A stretch of DNA of 62,520 nt, filler included, from Circinaria calcarea (GCA_051942165.1; 21 parts of 21 records of this genome joined end to end with filler, not necessarily neighbours in it), one strand, 5' to 3'. Positions 47,882-60,901 are shown, counted from the first letter of the whole stretch. Translations and numbers: made by a program. Notes: a model not told the origin generated them from the letters alone.

Positions 47882-50148
47882 CACTTCTAGTTCCGTGGAA
47901 AGACAAAGGGGTTGGTAATAGAATAAATATATTTTTGTAACTGAGCTGTGCGATAAGATGATTGTGTGCGTATATAGAATCTGAATCATATGGAATATCG
48001 TTCTAGACAACACTGGTACGGGATATGCCTACTAATATCGGTGGGATCCTCATAAGTTGGGTCCCAGACCACAGTGAGGGACAATCACGACTGTGGGCGT
48101 TTCACGATTTGGCTGAGTTCATCCTTGTACCATAGGCCGGAGAAGGACTAGCGTCAAGTTCAGCTTCTGACCCAAGACGGAAGCTGCTTATATCTCACTA
48201 TGCGCATAGTTACTTGAGACGGCTCTCTCCCTGTACGAACTCAGCAACACTGTTAAGATAACTGGCATAGTATAACTGGCAGCCTTTACCAGGCATCGAG
48301 GGAGGCTCCATCCAAGGCACGAACAGATGGTCAAAGTTCACTTGAGTTCTAATTAGGCAGCAATTAAGGAATGTTAGGCCATTGGAAAGTCTAGGGCTGA
48401 TCCGGCCTCTTCATTCTGCAGTAAACACGAAATCGCCGTTGGAAGCACAACCGGGCGCACCTAGGATGAGAGTCCAGTGGTTGGAGCTTACTGAGAACAA
48501 ACACCCTAAAGCAAGAATCCAGGTGCCGGTGATCCCAAGGCATACTATAGACGTGAGTGGATGAAAGAAAAGAACTATGCTTTGGAGGCGGTTCTATGGG
48601 AAAGAGAGGAGCCACGTACGCGAACAAGCCCTTTCCCATCACTTCTACCTCCAATATGAGATGTTCTGTGTGTTCTTGGAGAGACTACCAAGAGTTTCGA
48701 AGAGCAGCAAGGGAGGCTGCATACAAAGGGAGTCTAGCCTTTAGAAGACATATAAGCAGGCGGGCCAATATAGGTCTTTCCCTTCGAGAGGGGGTTCCAC
48801 ACAGACTACATTATTATAATACCTAGCAAAGCTAGGCCACTTATGACTACTGGCATTCTGTTGGCATGTCTACAAGGTCTACTCTTGCGTTTACACGTTT
48901 CATCTTGAGGTCTTCCTCTTGTACCTAGGCTTGTGTCCATACAGTCACTACGTTAATGGTGAAAACCATATCTCCCTTTTAAAGCTTTCTTGCCAAGACT
49001 CGGAAGCCCAATACACCAACACCATTGTCGGCGACCGAGGGATCTTCACCGCGGTATTCTAGATAGGGCCTAGATGTTAAGAACAACGCATGGAGTTACC
49101 TGGTACGTTACGAAACATGTCTATGTGTTTCTCCTAGTCGCTTTCCCTGGTGCTGGAGATCATTCACGGAGCACTTGGTAGCGGAACATATCGCTTCCAA
49201 GAAAGCATTGCTTCCCCAAAGACCAAACTAGGAAAGCTGGCCCAGTACGTTTTCTTCCTCCACCGTAAGATCGCTTCCTATGTCCGCTCCGCAAGAGTAT
49301 CTCGATCCGACCGCACAGAAGTAGAATTCTATCAGTTGCGGCACCCAACTCCTAGAGATTTTGGTTAGGGTATCGAGAATTAGTCGGTCTCTGAACGAAT
49401 TGAATGTTTAGTCAGGGCCTTAGCTACAACGACGGTGCAAGCCTAGCCGAAGTTGCGAGAACTACTGTACTTGTAAGAGGAGTTTGGAGTATCATATACA
49501 GATTCGCGTCCTCCGCTAAATTGATACTGGCAGTTCGGGAAAAGGTAGGTTAGCAAGATGGGTGCTTCAGGGCAACAAGCAGTGATTACAAGGTATTATG
49601 AGCTAGCTTGGTATGAGTATACCCGACTAACGTACTAGCTGTTGCCTCTGAAGAACATACGCGCCTTATGCCATCTATGTGGTTGTCATCACACAGCGCC
49701 ATCATAAAATCTACACCGAGAACACAGCTGATCTCTGCGGTTGCACATGAGAGAAGAATGAAACTCAAGGGCTCATTCAGACATCTCTCTTCATATAAAA
49801 GCGACGAAGGTGACTGCCTGGTTCTATAAAGTCCCGAAGCACCACTTTCCGCTTCAATCAATGCGAAAAGCATCTCAAACTCGAAGCGTCCAGGAATGAG
49901 ATAATTCCAAACAGGAGGCGCTGGCATTTTGACACCGACGTTTAGCGCACAAGTTCCGCATTTCCCAGACCGGATCAAAATTACGCGCAGTCAGAATCCA
50001 TACGACTTATGCGAGCAAATGTACAAATACTTCAGGTGGAGCGGTGCTTTACGTCAAATAGGTGCTCCTTTCTCGAGCGACTTGAGCTCCTCGCAATTTG
50101 AAGTACCATTTCCATTCCAAACCGAACAATTATTCGGGTTCTTGCACG

Positions 50149-50634
50149 ATGTTCTCCCTTCTCTTAACCATCATAATCTCCCTTAACCTTGTAGTTCAAG
50201 TGAACTCCTTTACTCTAAGGGGATGGGACGTCAGAGCTAAAGTCCCAAGGACGGACTATGCAACAAGGTACCTACAGAATTGATAGATTTTCTGCCCCTG
50301 AAGTTGTCCCGCTCTAACTCAAAACCAGCTCCTCCTCTTCATTCCTGGCTCTCACAATTCGCGACCCAGATGGCAAAGACGTATCTGACAATATAACTGT
50401 CCTCCTCCATGACAGCGGTCACTCCAACACTTCCCTCACGAAGCGCAGTTCCTATCTCATCAGACCCATGCCTCCTGCCGGATTTTCCTTCTTGGGGTCT
50501 CACTGCCAGCCCCAGAGGAGCTTGCAGGCATGGTTCTGGTCATGGGGCGCACCAAACGGCGCGATGGGCGGCAGCTACAGTTCATGCCACCCGACAGAAA
50601 TCTGCGTCGACGGCCGCACGCTTCTGGATGGACG
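50149..50634 (+). CDS. Putative secreted protein with signal peptide and Kex2-like KR site, 3'-partial
   Basis: Starts MFSLLLTIIISLNLVVQVNS. Intron 50268-50328 (GTACCT..CTAAC..CAG) joins in frame to ...NTSLTKR-SSYLIRP...SHCQP...SSCHPTEICVDG, open to the contig end. Confidence 0.65.
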
Positions 50635-51739
50635 NNNNNNNNNNNNNNNNNNNNNNNNNNNNNNNNNNNNNNNNNNNNTTAATTAATTAANNNNNNNNNN
50701 NNNNNNNNNNNNNNNNNNNNNNNNNNNNNNNNNNCAGTATGCTCGGCTCTCTATTCAACATATAATAATTTTATAATAAGGGTTAATGAATTATATAATA
50801 ATAAGCTCAATTGGTTTGTATCAGCGTATAAATTATTACTAAAGAGTTCTCGTATAATATTTTGTGAGGAAAACCTTTCTTATTAAATTAATATTTTATG
50901 ACCTCGGTGTATAGTTCCTCTGTAGGGTTCGTAGGGGTTCTCCGGTGGAGCCCTTATAAGCTTATTATATATTGAATTATTATATTAAAAATCCTCGTAA
51001 TACTTCTATTCTGACCGGTGACGTATATTTGAATGAATTAATTACTGCTACGAATCATACACGCCTGCAAGAATAACCTGTTTAGTAAGGCCTTCCAGTA
51101 AGGTTTGTTCCATGACCGGAGTCCAATTAAGTTTATCCACGGAAGGGTTCTTAGGGGAGGAAGGCCTAGAATATATACCGGGGGTGGAAGCCATAATAAT
51201 TAAGCCGGGTTATGTATAGCTTCAAGACGTGAGCGATAGAATTTTGATGTATTTTATTATAAATTCAGGATTTTCCCAATGTAAATTGGTAAATTTACTA
51301 GTGATTAGCCTATTATTTAATTTTTGCAAGCGGGGAATCGTAGCTTCCATAATCGTTCCAGAATTGTGCAACCGAACACCTTTTTAAAATCGGCGAAAAT
51401 CGATTTCGGAAATCGATTCCAATAATCGGGGGTCGCCGAACAGGCCCTAAGTCTCCGCGCAGGCACCTAAATTATGGCGGGGTATTCGAATATCGCAACA
51501 CCACTTGTTTGATCTTCAAATTGGATATGAAAATCGTTCTCGCCTTCACGCTGTATGGTCTTTTCAAGTATTGAAGACATGCGCTCAATGTATCCATTGA
51601 TTCGTTCTACTTTTCATGTTGTATACTAGAATTACGCCTATAGAAGTTACCTCGGCACAGGGCCGCCGTGCGCGGAAATTTTACACCGGCCCCTTCATAG
51701 GCTACGGAGTACTCCGTACCGCGATACATGGGAATTTGC

Positions 51740-52433
51740 GAGGTTACAACTTTAATGGTGAACTTCCCGCGGCTTGGCGACTACGATGGTGAACACGACT
51801 TCGGTAATGAGATTTCGATAATGAGGTGTGAAACATCACCAATATTTCTATCAGCGTACCATATAAGTTTATACTATAATGCGATAGGCGAGAAAAATTT
51901 TCTCCTATTTTTCTATCTTTTTCTTTGATTTCTTGTTCATACAGCATCTGTACTATTTAACCGCCGTCTATAGAGATAAGCCTGGCAAGCAGGCAAAGAA
52001 ACGGAAAGAGGTAGGAGAAAGGTGGAATTTATTAGGTTTTGCAGAAATGCATTATGTGTTATTAAGTTAGATATAATACGATGATCTGCCCTGACCGAAA
52101 TCGCGATATATTACGACGACCAAAAATCGCGGTATATTGCGACGCCCTGCCCTAATAGAAATCGCGATATATTGCGACGACCTGCCCTAGTAGAAATCTT
52201 GATGCATTTACTATAAATTATATCAGAATATAATATAATAATTTAAATTTATTATTATCACGACTTCTTCGCTGGGAATTTTTTGGGATTATAGAATTCT
52301 ATCGTATTCTAATATAATCTGTATTGTAAGTTGGTAATGTTTCATACCTCATTATCGAAATCTTATTACCGAAGTCGTGTTCACCATCGTAATCGCCAAG
52401 CCGCGGGAAGTTCACCATTAAAGTCGTAACCTC
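51740..52433. mobile_element. Complete non-autonomous Mutator-like (MULE) MITE, 694 bp
   Basis: 103-bp TIRs at 51740-51842 and 52331-52433 with 5 mismatches. Exact 10-bp direct repeat GGGAATTTGC on both flanks (51730-51739 and 52434-52443). No coding capacity. Confidence 0.92.
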
Positions 52434-53331
52434 GGGAATTTGCAGGTACGACAATACATGCGCTAGTCCGAAAGGGGATTTCGGACTCTCGGGCGCGACC
52501 AGATAAGATAGCAAAGGGAAATGGACACGTGGGCGAGGGACATCAGCCACACAATAAAGGTAAAAGCCTACCATTGCAAATACCAACGGCGGTCGACGAG
52601 TTAGGTGGAAGCATCGACTCACATCGACACAGCCAATTCTACAGAATAACAACGCCACCAAGGACTCTTAAGCCGAGTCTCACATGCCCAAAGTATAGTG
52701 GACACACGGAGTATGCTGGAAGAGCTTACTTCAAGCTTGTCAGATACACAATTCTTTCTCGCTGCGGGTTTACTCCGTAACAGCCAAGATCATGTTTGCC
52801 GTCTTGGACCTCAGGCGGAGGTCCCTTTTCCATGGCCTCCACGCACGTTACGTACGGCCTTTTATAAACATTAAGCACGTGTCCCGCACTGAACGCTGGC
52901 GTCATCATCGTTGTCTCTTTCCATCACATTCTAGGGAAATCAGGGTTAGCTTGTCGGTTATTTAACTGCAAACGGAAATGCCAAATGGAGGTGCCAACCG
53001 GGTACTCCAGCTCTATCAAAGGCGAAATCTTTGCGGCGTAATCACTCTCTTCCTGCGAGTGCGGTAGCTACCATCCTCCCGACTCGATTGTTGTCAGATC
53101 CAAAAACTACATCTGACAGCGGATTTCTACTTCCTTTCGACTGACCCTTGGCTCCCCTCGACATTAGGGACGTCTGTCGCTACAACTTCAAACCAGCGGC
53201 ACCTTACCTCACACGCGGCCAAATCCCCGAGCACTGTGGGTAGGCGCTTCGTGCTACCTTGCACACTTGCGGCCTATTTCGGATTGAACTCTTGCAAGTC
53301 TCATTGGCTATTTAGAGACTCTGTACTCGAT

Positions 53332-53608
53332 ATGCTGGACCTTGATGGAGTGACGAGGCTTCTAGCCCGGCAAGAAGCAGCGGATATGTCGAGCCCTGCA
53401 TGTTCGTCCGACAACGACTTCGACGGTCGGATCGGAATCCGCGTGTCTGCCATCTTCGTCATATTGGCCGGCTCTCTCTTCGGTAAGCAGACATCTAATT
53501 GCTTCTGGGGCCAGTTGAATCCGTCCAAGTATACTGATCATCTCCAGGAGCTGCCTTTCCCGTCTTCGCACGCAATAACAAAGGAGTCAAGGTACCTGAA
53601 TCGGCCTT
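53332..53608 (+). CDS. ZIP-family zinc transporter (Zrt/Zrf-like), 3'-partial
   Basis: CSSDNDFDGRIGIRVSAIFVILAGSLFG|intron 53483-53547|AAFPVFA is the characteristic start of fungal Zrt1/2-type transporters. Confidence 0.9.
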
Positions 53609-56600
53609 NNNNNNNNNNNNNNNNNNNNNNNNNNNNNNNNNNNNNNNNNNNNTTAATTAATTAANNNNNNNNNNNNNNNNNNNNNNNNNNNNNNNNNNNN
53701 NNNNNNNNTCTTGAGGGTGAACCTGATGCCGCCTTTTATCCAGTCCAGTGGGGAGTCGTTCGAACTCCGGGTCTCGAAAGTGGGGTCGGGCATTGTTCCT
53801 TTTCCAGCAAGCATGTCACATCGCCTATGGCCGGGTATTATTATGCGGGACCGCAAGGGACAAGGAAGTAAGCTGACCAGGCTTCACGACACTGTTCTTC
53901 TTTTCTAAGTATCTCAGGCGGGAATCGGGATTTATAAAAGGAACGGACAAAACTTATCATGGACGTAGAACCTTTCTTTGAGACCTAGGTGCCGAAGTTC
54001 ATTACAACCTGTTGGAATTCACCGGTGCAGACCCGAATAGGTATAATGCGGCCTTAATGCCATAGCTTAAAGGGCGAGTACGCATATTTAGAAATTCAAG
54101 CTACTTTTATATTCTGCATGCATTGCAAGCCTCCGTTCAACATCGATTATATATGAATAAGCTGCATGAAGAGGTTGATGATTTTCAAACCACGGATTTT
54201 ACTCTGCATGCAACCCGTAAATTCAGACATGAAACTCAGAAAGTTAATACTTCATCAGCTTTCATCAGCCTTCAATAGCCTTAGTTCCAAACTATCACGT
54301 TGTCCCCCGGACCTCCCGTGGAAGGAGTAGGGACGAACCATTTGTATGTTAGAAGCCGTATCTTAGCATAGAGGAAACCAGGAGACCTTCACCTCTTGAC
54401 AACGGTAGCGTTTCAGAGTACCAAAAAAAATTTCCACACCAAATACCAGTGGAACCAGGCGGTAGAACCGCAGCATCAAAGCGCACCATTCCAGGGATAC
54501 CCGGCGCCAAGAATAAGCCACCACTTTTTTCCACCAGGAGTGACCCCATTATTCATTTTCTATTTCATTTCTGGCTTTTGTCAACCTTTCTCTCCTAGTG
54601 CCCATCGCCTTTTTGCGGTGACATAACGGCTAAACCATCGCTTTCTTGCTTCAAGACACTCCTTTCAAGCCTTGCTTTCAATATTGTTCCATTCCCTTCA
54701 CCCAGAATATGGACGTACCGTCCCTTTCTCAGCAAACTTATTCTTCTGGGTCATCAGATCAACGCCTTTATCCTTATCGGCCACCGTCTCGTTAGTAAAT
54801 TAAACCAAGAGGTTCCCCTTAAAGCTAAAGTTTCTTATTTGGGGGCGATATCTGCCTTCTTAGACAACACACTGATTGGAGGTTAACTGGGGGATTAAGA
54901 CTTACATGCGGCTTGCCGTAAGCTCATTCTCAGTCGAGTCACCTATTCTCTGTATTTTACCTTCTCTCCAATCTTTTTCCGGTTGGAAGTTATAGGACTT
55001 ACCGGATCACGTGTTACTTTCGGGTAATACGTGGTCCATGCTCTACACTCTCCACACCCCAAAAAAGCATGTTTAGTAGCATAGGCAACTGACTTAGTTA
55101 CACACTCAGGTAGTAATGCCACCATACATATTACTGTTTAACATTTCCTCGGCCAGTTATTTTTTCGATTTTCTTTAACTCGTCTGCCCGCTTCCTCGGT
55201 TCTTCTGCACGCTTTATCCGATGCAAGTCCACTTGACAAGAGCGAGGACCAGAAGCTATATTATCGGCCTTCTCAGCCTGCCGAAGTGTCGGGAGAAAAG
55301 TCGATACTTGCCTTTTGTTTTTCTGAGGTGTTCAATAAGAAGAGTACGAGGAGAAAAAGTTCGAAGGAGAACACGTTATCAGGACACCAGAGCAAACTCA
55401 TTATTTAACGTACTTAACTTTCGATGCTGGTAGCAGATATAGTTACGTTGTGGAAAATAGAAATGGCGAATACACTGAAGCTGTGGTGCAAGAGGAAACC
55501 TGGGACCTCTGGTAGAAAAAGAAAAATTTACCGGAGCCGTTAGATGGTAGGCCGCTAATTGCTAGAGAAATAATGCCAGCAATAGGGAGAGCAAAATTAT
55601 TATCGACACCAACGCTCCATCGTTAACCCACCGTTTTTGAAGGAGAGATTGGGAAGGCGGAGAAAGATAAGCCACATGGCACAACAAGACTTGGGCGTCA
55701 TTCTACTTCTTTTAGTTTGTAAGCAAGCATTTGGCTTCGCATTTCGGAATTAATAATATAATAGGTAGATCAAATTGTGACCAACGTCGAGGGAGAAATT
55801 TTCGGGAAATTCCTTTAACTTATCGACTGCCGAGCAAAAAGCTTTCCGTTTAGCACCCACCCGCTATAATTTAGATATCGCGAAGGCTGTGTTAGAACTC
55901 CCAAGGAAAGTTATCGAAACCGACAACATTAACAATAGGCTTGCATTTCACTGAGCATGCAATGTGGGACACTACGCCGAAACACGATCTGACCGAGGAT
56001 ACGATCAATAACGGTTAGATAACTAGAATACATACAACGAGAAGTAACGCATCCTCTTATTCCTAAAGGGGAACGACTGGAGATAATCTCAAAGCGAAGC
56101 GAAGATAGTTGAGTTACTGGAACCTTGTGGGGGGAAGAAAAAAACCACCATTACTGCAAACCGGCGGAAATTTCCGCAAAAAGATCGAAGTGGGTTCATA
56201 GCACACCTACGACCAAAATTCGATAAATATGTCGAAAATAAATCCTTCCACCCGCCCCGAACTCTAAGACATGCTCCAACCGGAATTCTTCACCAATTAC
56301 GCTGGTCGAAGCGTAAAAAACTCCGAAACATTTCTAAAATTCAAACAAGTCTATCAAGATCCCATTTTATGGAATCCTATCTCCAAAAAAAAAGAGTAGT
56401 TTTTTTTGGGGGGGGTTTTTTTGGGAATTAAGAATTCAAAAGAAAAAAAGTTAGGGATTACCAGATATCCCTAAGCTATGCCGCATCCGGTTAAATACCG
56501 CAGCACGCCCCCCCCCTTAATTTTTAATAATTAATTATTATAGAATAACAAGAATAATTAACGCTATAAAAATTAAATATNNNNNNNNNNNNNNNNNNNN

Positions 56601-56682
56601 NNNNNNNNNNNNNNNNNNNNNNNNTTAATTAATTAANNNNNNNNNNNNNNNNNNNNNNNNNNNNNNNNNNNNNNNNNNNNTC

Positions 56683-57396
56683 ACCTCCGTCGTCGACGAA
56701 TTTCAGAACCTTGACGGCCACGGACACGGGCCGAAGCTTGAAGCCACGACCATGCTCCCGTCCTACTTCCTCACCGTTCAACCCTGGACCAGCGGCCTTG
56801 ACTTTAAGCTTCTCTGCTCCAAGTTCCGAAACATGACCGGTTTCATCTCCATAACCCGAGATAAGGACACAGGCATAGTCTACCCCGACCCGATCGACGG
56901 CAAGTGCCGTGTCAAATACACACCCAGCGCACTCGACAGACGCCACGTACTCGAAGGTGTCCTCGCTCTCGCAAAGATCTGCTACGTAGCCGGCGCAAGC
57001 GAGATCTTCACCAGCACGGCCGGCGTCTCCACTTTCGTCCGCACAGAACACCCTACCTGCGAAGACGACCCCGGTATCAACGATCCTCGCTTCCAGACCT
57101 GGCTCGCAGAGGTCAGGAAGAAAGGCCTGCCAAGCCCCGAAGCTACCTTCTGCAGCGCACACCAGATGGGCACTTGCCGCATGGGAACGAGGGAGAAAAC
57201 CAGCGTGGTCGATGAGCGCGGCAAGGTTTGGGGCGTGGAGGCATTGTACGTGGCGGACGCGAGCGTGTTTCCCAGCGCGAGCGGGGTGAATCCGATGGTT
57301 ACGAACATGGCGATTAGCGATTGGATATCGAGAGGGGTGGCGAAGGGGTTGAGAGTCCAGGGAAGGGCTGGGACAGGGTTTGGGGCGAGGTTATGA
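56683..57396 (+). CDS. Long-chain fatty alcohol oxidase (GMC oxidoreductase) C-terminus, 5'-partial
   Basis: TSVVDEFQNLDGHGHGPKLE, ISITRDKDTG, SAHQMGTCRMG and LYVADASVFPSASGVNPMVTNMA. Confidence 0.92.
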   Translation, partial: TSVVDEFQNLDGHGHGPKLEATTMLPSYFLTVQPWTSGLDFKLLCSKFRNMTGFISITRDKDTGIVYPDPIDGKCRVKYTPSALDRRHVLEGVLALAKICYVAGASEIFTSTAGVSTFVRTEHPTCEDDPGINDPRFQTWLAEVRKKGLPSPEATFCSAHQMGTCRMGTREKTSVVDERGKVWGVEALYVADASVFPSASGVNPMVTNMAISDWISRGVAKGLRVQGRAGTGFGARL

Positions 57397-58062
57397 GGGG
57401 TTTGGGAGGCATGAGCGGTTTTGGATATCAGGAAGTGTATAGTTATCAATAACTTTTGTTAGTGGAAGAAAACCCGGCAGCGACTTGTAGGATAGACAGT
57501 CTTGCGAGCTTCCGCGATTTTATTATTTTTTAAAAGAAAATGGATAAATATTATTTGAAATAGACATTATTTCGCGAGGGGATAATAACTGGAGTGATAG
57601 GGAGTAGGAGACATACGAGGTTGGGGGGATGGGAGACTTGGAAGCATACTGGGTGGATGGATGAGTTAGAGCCGAGTGTGCCGAAAATCAAAAGTCACCG
57701 CCAGAATCACGAGTCACAGCCATTGTTGATTTGGATAAGTTTCGAAACTCTTTACTAATCTGCATATGTTGCTACTGCTTAGCTGACACAAAGATACTGG
57801 CGCCTCTCATACATCTCTCGCTGTGATACACAACTCCACATGTTTAGCTCCAAAGCATGCTTCTTGGGTATACGCAAGCAAATGAGAACACAATAGGACT
57901 GTTCAACGTTACCGAGCACAAGACATCGGCCTGAAAAGCGGATACTAGAAAGAAGCAATACCAAGGTGAGAGACTTCCTGGATGAGAAACCTAGATTTTC
58001 ACCGACTGAAAGCAAACAAACAGCCATGAAAAGGGATTTGAGAACCCGGATGGACAGCTGGC

Positions 58063-59551
58063 TTAATCGATTTCCATCCAAATCTCAGGACCCACGTGTC
58101 CATCCTGCGAATGATGAGATAAGTCGGCACTAAGGCTGCCAGACCGATCCTTCAACCTGGATATTGCTAGGTGGGTACCTTCATCCTCGGATCTCAATGG
58201 CTCAGCTCCTTCGTCCTCGATGTGCATGAGCTTCAACGCTTCTCGGATCGCCTGATTTGGGGAGGGGGGATGTCTGTCCTCTAGACTAGAGGGTTGGTTT
58301 TGCTGAGTTGAATTCAAAGGGGAATCACGGAAAACCTGGGGAAAACTTGACCGTGGTGGATTCGGAATAGCCGGTGCGTGCCTTGATAAGTGCAAGTCGG
58401 TTATAAACTCCATACGAGTCATAGGCTTAATCGGTTTCAAGACGGGACATTCATAGAGCATAACGCAATCATCGTCGGAGTCATCTTTCTTCTCCGAAAG
58501 CTCATGGCCAGCATTCTCCGAGTCAACCTTATTGCATACGAGACGATTCTTATCCATCGTACTGGGCTCGCCAATTGCAGAAAGGTCGATTGAAGTCGAT
58601 AAGGTCGTTTTCGTATGTAGGGATCGCCGGAATATGTTCCTAATGGACTTTACTGAGCGCTTATTTCGAAACTGCGACACTGCCCATTTATCATCGGCGG
58701 ATAAAGTATTCACAAAAAAAGGATTATCCCACATCTTCCTAGAGTTTTGTCTGGCACTATCTATCATATTTTCCAGTTGCTTTTGCTCTTCTGAGGCTAG
58801 ATCTGACTGTCCTTCAAGCTCCCTTCTCCGTCTTCTGGCCAACTTCTTCTTAGCGTTCCTAATATTGTTTTTCCGATGAGCACGCTGTTCTGCCACGATA
58901 GCCTCTTGTCCCTTGGCCGATTCGGCTATCGTATTTTTGTGGGCATGAATGGAAGCATTCAAGGAATTTGAAGCCAACGCCTTTTCAATAACCCCATCCT
59001 TAGCTTGAGGCTTGCCCGTCAGAAGATCATGCTTCTTCACAAGCTTAGGCGCATGTAGAGAAGACTCCAACGAATTACAGCCTGAATGGTGAGCAGAACT
59101 TCCTCGAATCACACTTCTGTTCGTTGATTGATAGGTGCTGCCAGTTACAAGATTGATAGACGTTTCCGCAAGACAGGAGTTTATAGGGGCGTATGATGTA
59201 GCTTTAGCTGCGTCGGGACCTTGAGGAGTACGTGTACTTTCGGAACGCCACCTTCTCAAGACATCATCTACCTGTGCCCGAACAGATGCGCGAGCATCCT
59301 CTCTACGGGTTTCTTTAGGACAATGATCCGTTGCCTGCCGTAGCAGGTTATCATACGGAGTCTCCGTATGACGAATGTGTGCAATTACAGCTTTCGTGAT
59401 CTTTTCGTCATCAGTCAAAGTGGTGGACCTTCCAACCCGCCCTGACCCTTTTTGGAATCCGTGAGACAGCACAGCTTCCGCAGACTGAAGAGGTATACGA
59501 GGGAAAAGCCTCAGCAGTGCATACCGAGCTTTGTCAATGTCTTTACGGTCC
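58063..59551 (-). CDS. DUF2293-domain protein, 5'-partial
   Basis: LFPRIPLQSAEAVLSHGFQKGSGRVGR...AVIAHIRHTETPYDNLL...REDAR..V...VDDVLRRW, followed by a long disordered tail. Confidence 0.85.
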
Positions 59552-59651
59552 NNNNNNNNNNNNNNNNNNNNNNNNNNNNNNNNNNNNNNNNNNNNTTAAT
59601 TAATTAANNNNNNNNNNNNNNNNNNNNNNNNNNNNNNNNNNNNNNNNNNNN

Positions 59652-60901
59652 GAGTCCGGATCAAGTGCCGAGCTGAGACCGTCAATGGTATCGAGAATTA
59701 TGCCTCGCACTTTCAGCTTAGAGCCTTGCATACGGAATGACGCGATTGAACTTGCACTAGCGTTGAAAGTCGTTGGATGACCGTAGGGACTCTTTCCAGA
59801 AGCATTAATAACAAAGTTTTCCGTGCCACACCCTGAAAGGTAGTCTATCATCCGGCGGGGGAAGATTTGGCCAAGGTTGAGCCAGTCGGGAATCCAGGAG
59901 GGCAGGTCCAATGTGTTTGAGGGGGAGTAGGCTTTCAAACAGATTATGTCGAGGACGCGAGTGTGAATAAGCCGTGCTTTGGCCATGTCTATGAAGATAG
60001 AGCGGTCCACCTGCTTGTAATTAGGGTCAGAGATATAGCTCTTGCCGTCAACGGTGATACCCAGGAGAGCGAACACTCTATCCCGTGGAATTGTGGCTAG
60101 GTTGGAGCCGCTACGGTTCAACGCTGAGAGAAGGTCGAGTGGTCTATCCTGAGTCATCGCCAGGCGAAATCGGTAGAGAGCGAGGAAGTAATCTTCGACA
60201 AATTTGAAATCTTTTGCGAGGTTTTCATCATTACCTTTGAGAGCAATGATTTCCTGGAAGGCGAATTCAAGCGTGTCCCAATTTATTGATGCTTTTCCAC
60301 AATAAATTATTATGTTTTCACTGACAGAGACCTCCTGGATAATCCAAACGCGTGTCCAATAGGGGCGACGGAAAAGTTGCTTTATAGCTGCTCTTGTCGG
60401 TGAACCAGCGGTGCGAAAGTCTTGTGTCAGTGTATTTTGCTCGTCTGAAGGATCCTTGGATATCGCCTTCAATGCCTCAAATGCTAGATCGGAGTGGTCC
60501 TCCTGGTTGCCAAGCCATACTATGGTTCCATTGGCTTTTCGGTAAATGGCTTCCATTCGAAGAACCTGCAAGCCCTTCTCCTGGCGATTGTTTTGATCTA
60601 TGCAGACTGCATCGATCCATAGACGGAAATGATGCCTGGCGCGGAGCTCCACCAATGCGGCCGCTAGATTCAAAGTTGCCTGGAAGCTACGGCCGTTGAC
60701 GAATATTTCGGTGGTGATTTTTGGATCGCCCCAAGTGTAGGATAAAGCCTCATATTCATCGACATCGAAAAGAGGGGCATTTTCGAGAGTACATTCTATG
60801 GGGGATTTGTAGGCTCCGGGAAGAATGGTAAGGATGCGTATCTCTCGCAACTCTTGATCAAGTGGTTGGTACACCAGTTGATCTTTCGAGCTCGCGTCCA
60901 T
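59652..60901 (-). CDS. HET-domain protein (HET-6-like), 3'-partial
   Basis: YQPLD..REIRILTI, YEALSYTWG, LWIDAVCIDQ, PYWTRVWIIQE, ATIPRDRVFALLG and LPSWIPDW. Confidence 0.93.

Noticed and set aside
49130..49190. LVLEIIHGALG resembling a Phs1/PTPLA motif
   Set aside because: Isolated short match with no supporting upstream or downstream motifs.
51728..52661. Two ORFs sharing EVTTLMVNFPRLGDYDGEHDFGN
   Set aside because: They are the two TIRs of the MITE read on opposite strands.
2899..59651. Regularly spaced TTAATTAATTAA motif every ~2.98 kb
   Set aside because: Embedded in fixed N runs between length-sorted contigs, so it is a concatenation linker. ORF tails ending in X...LIN are artefacts.
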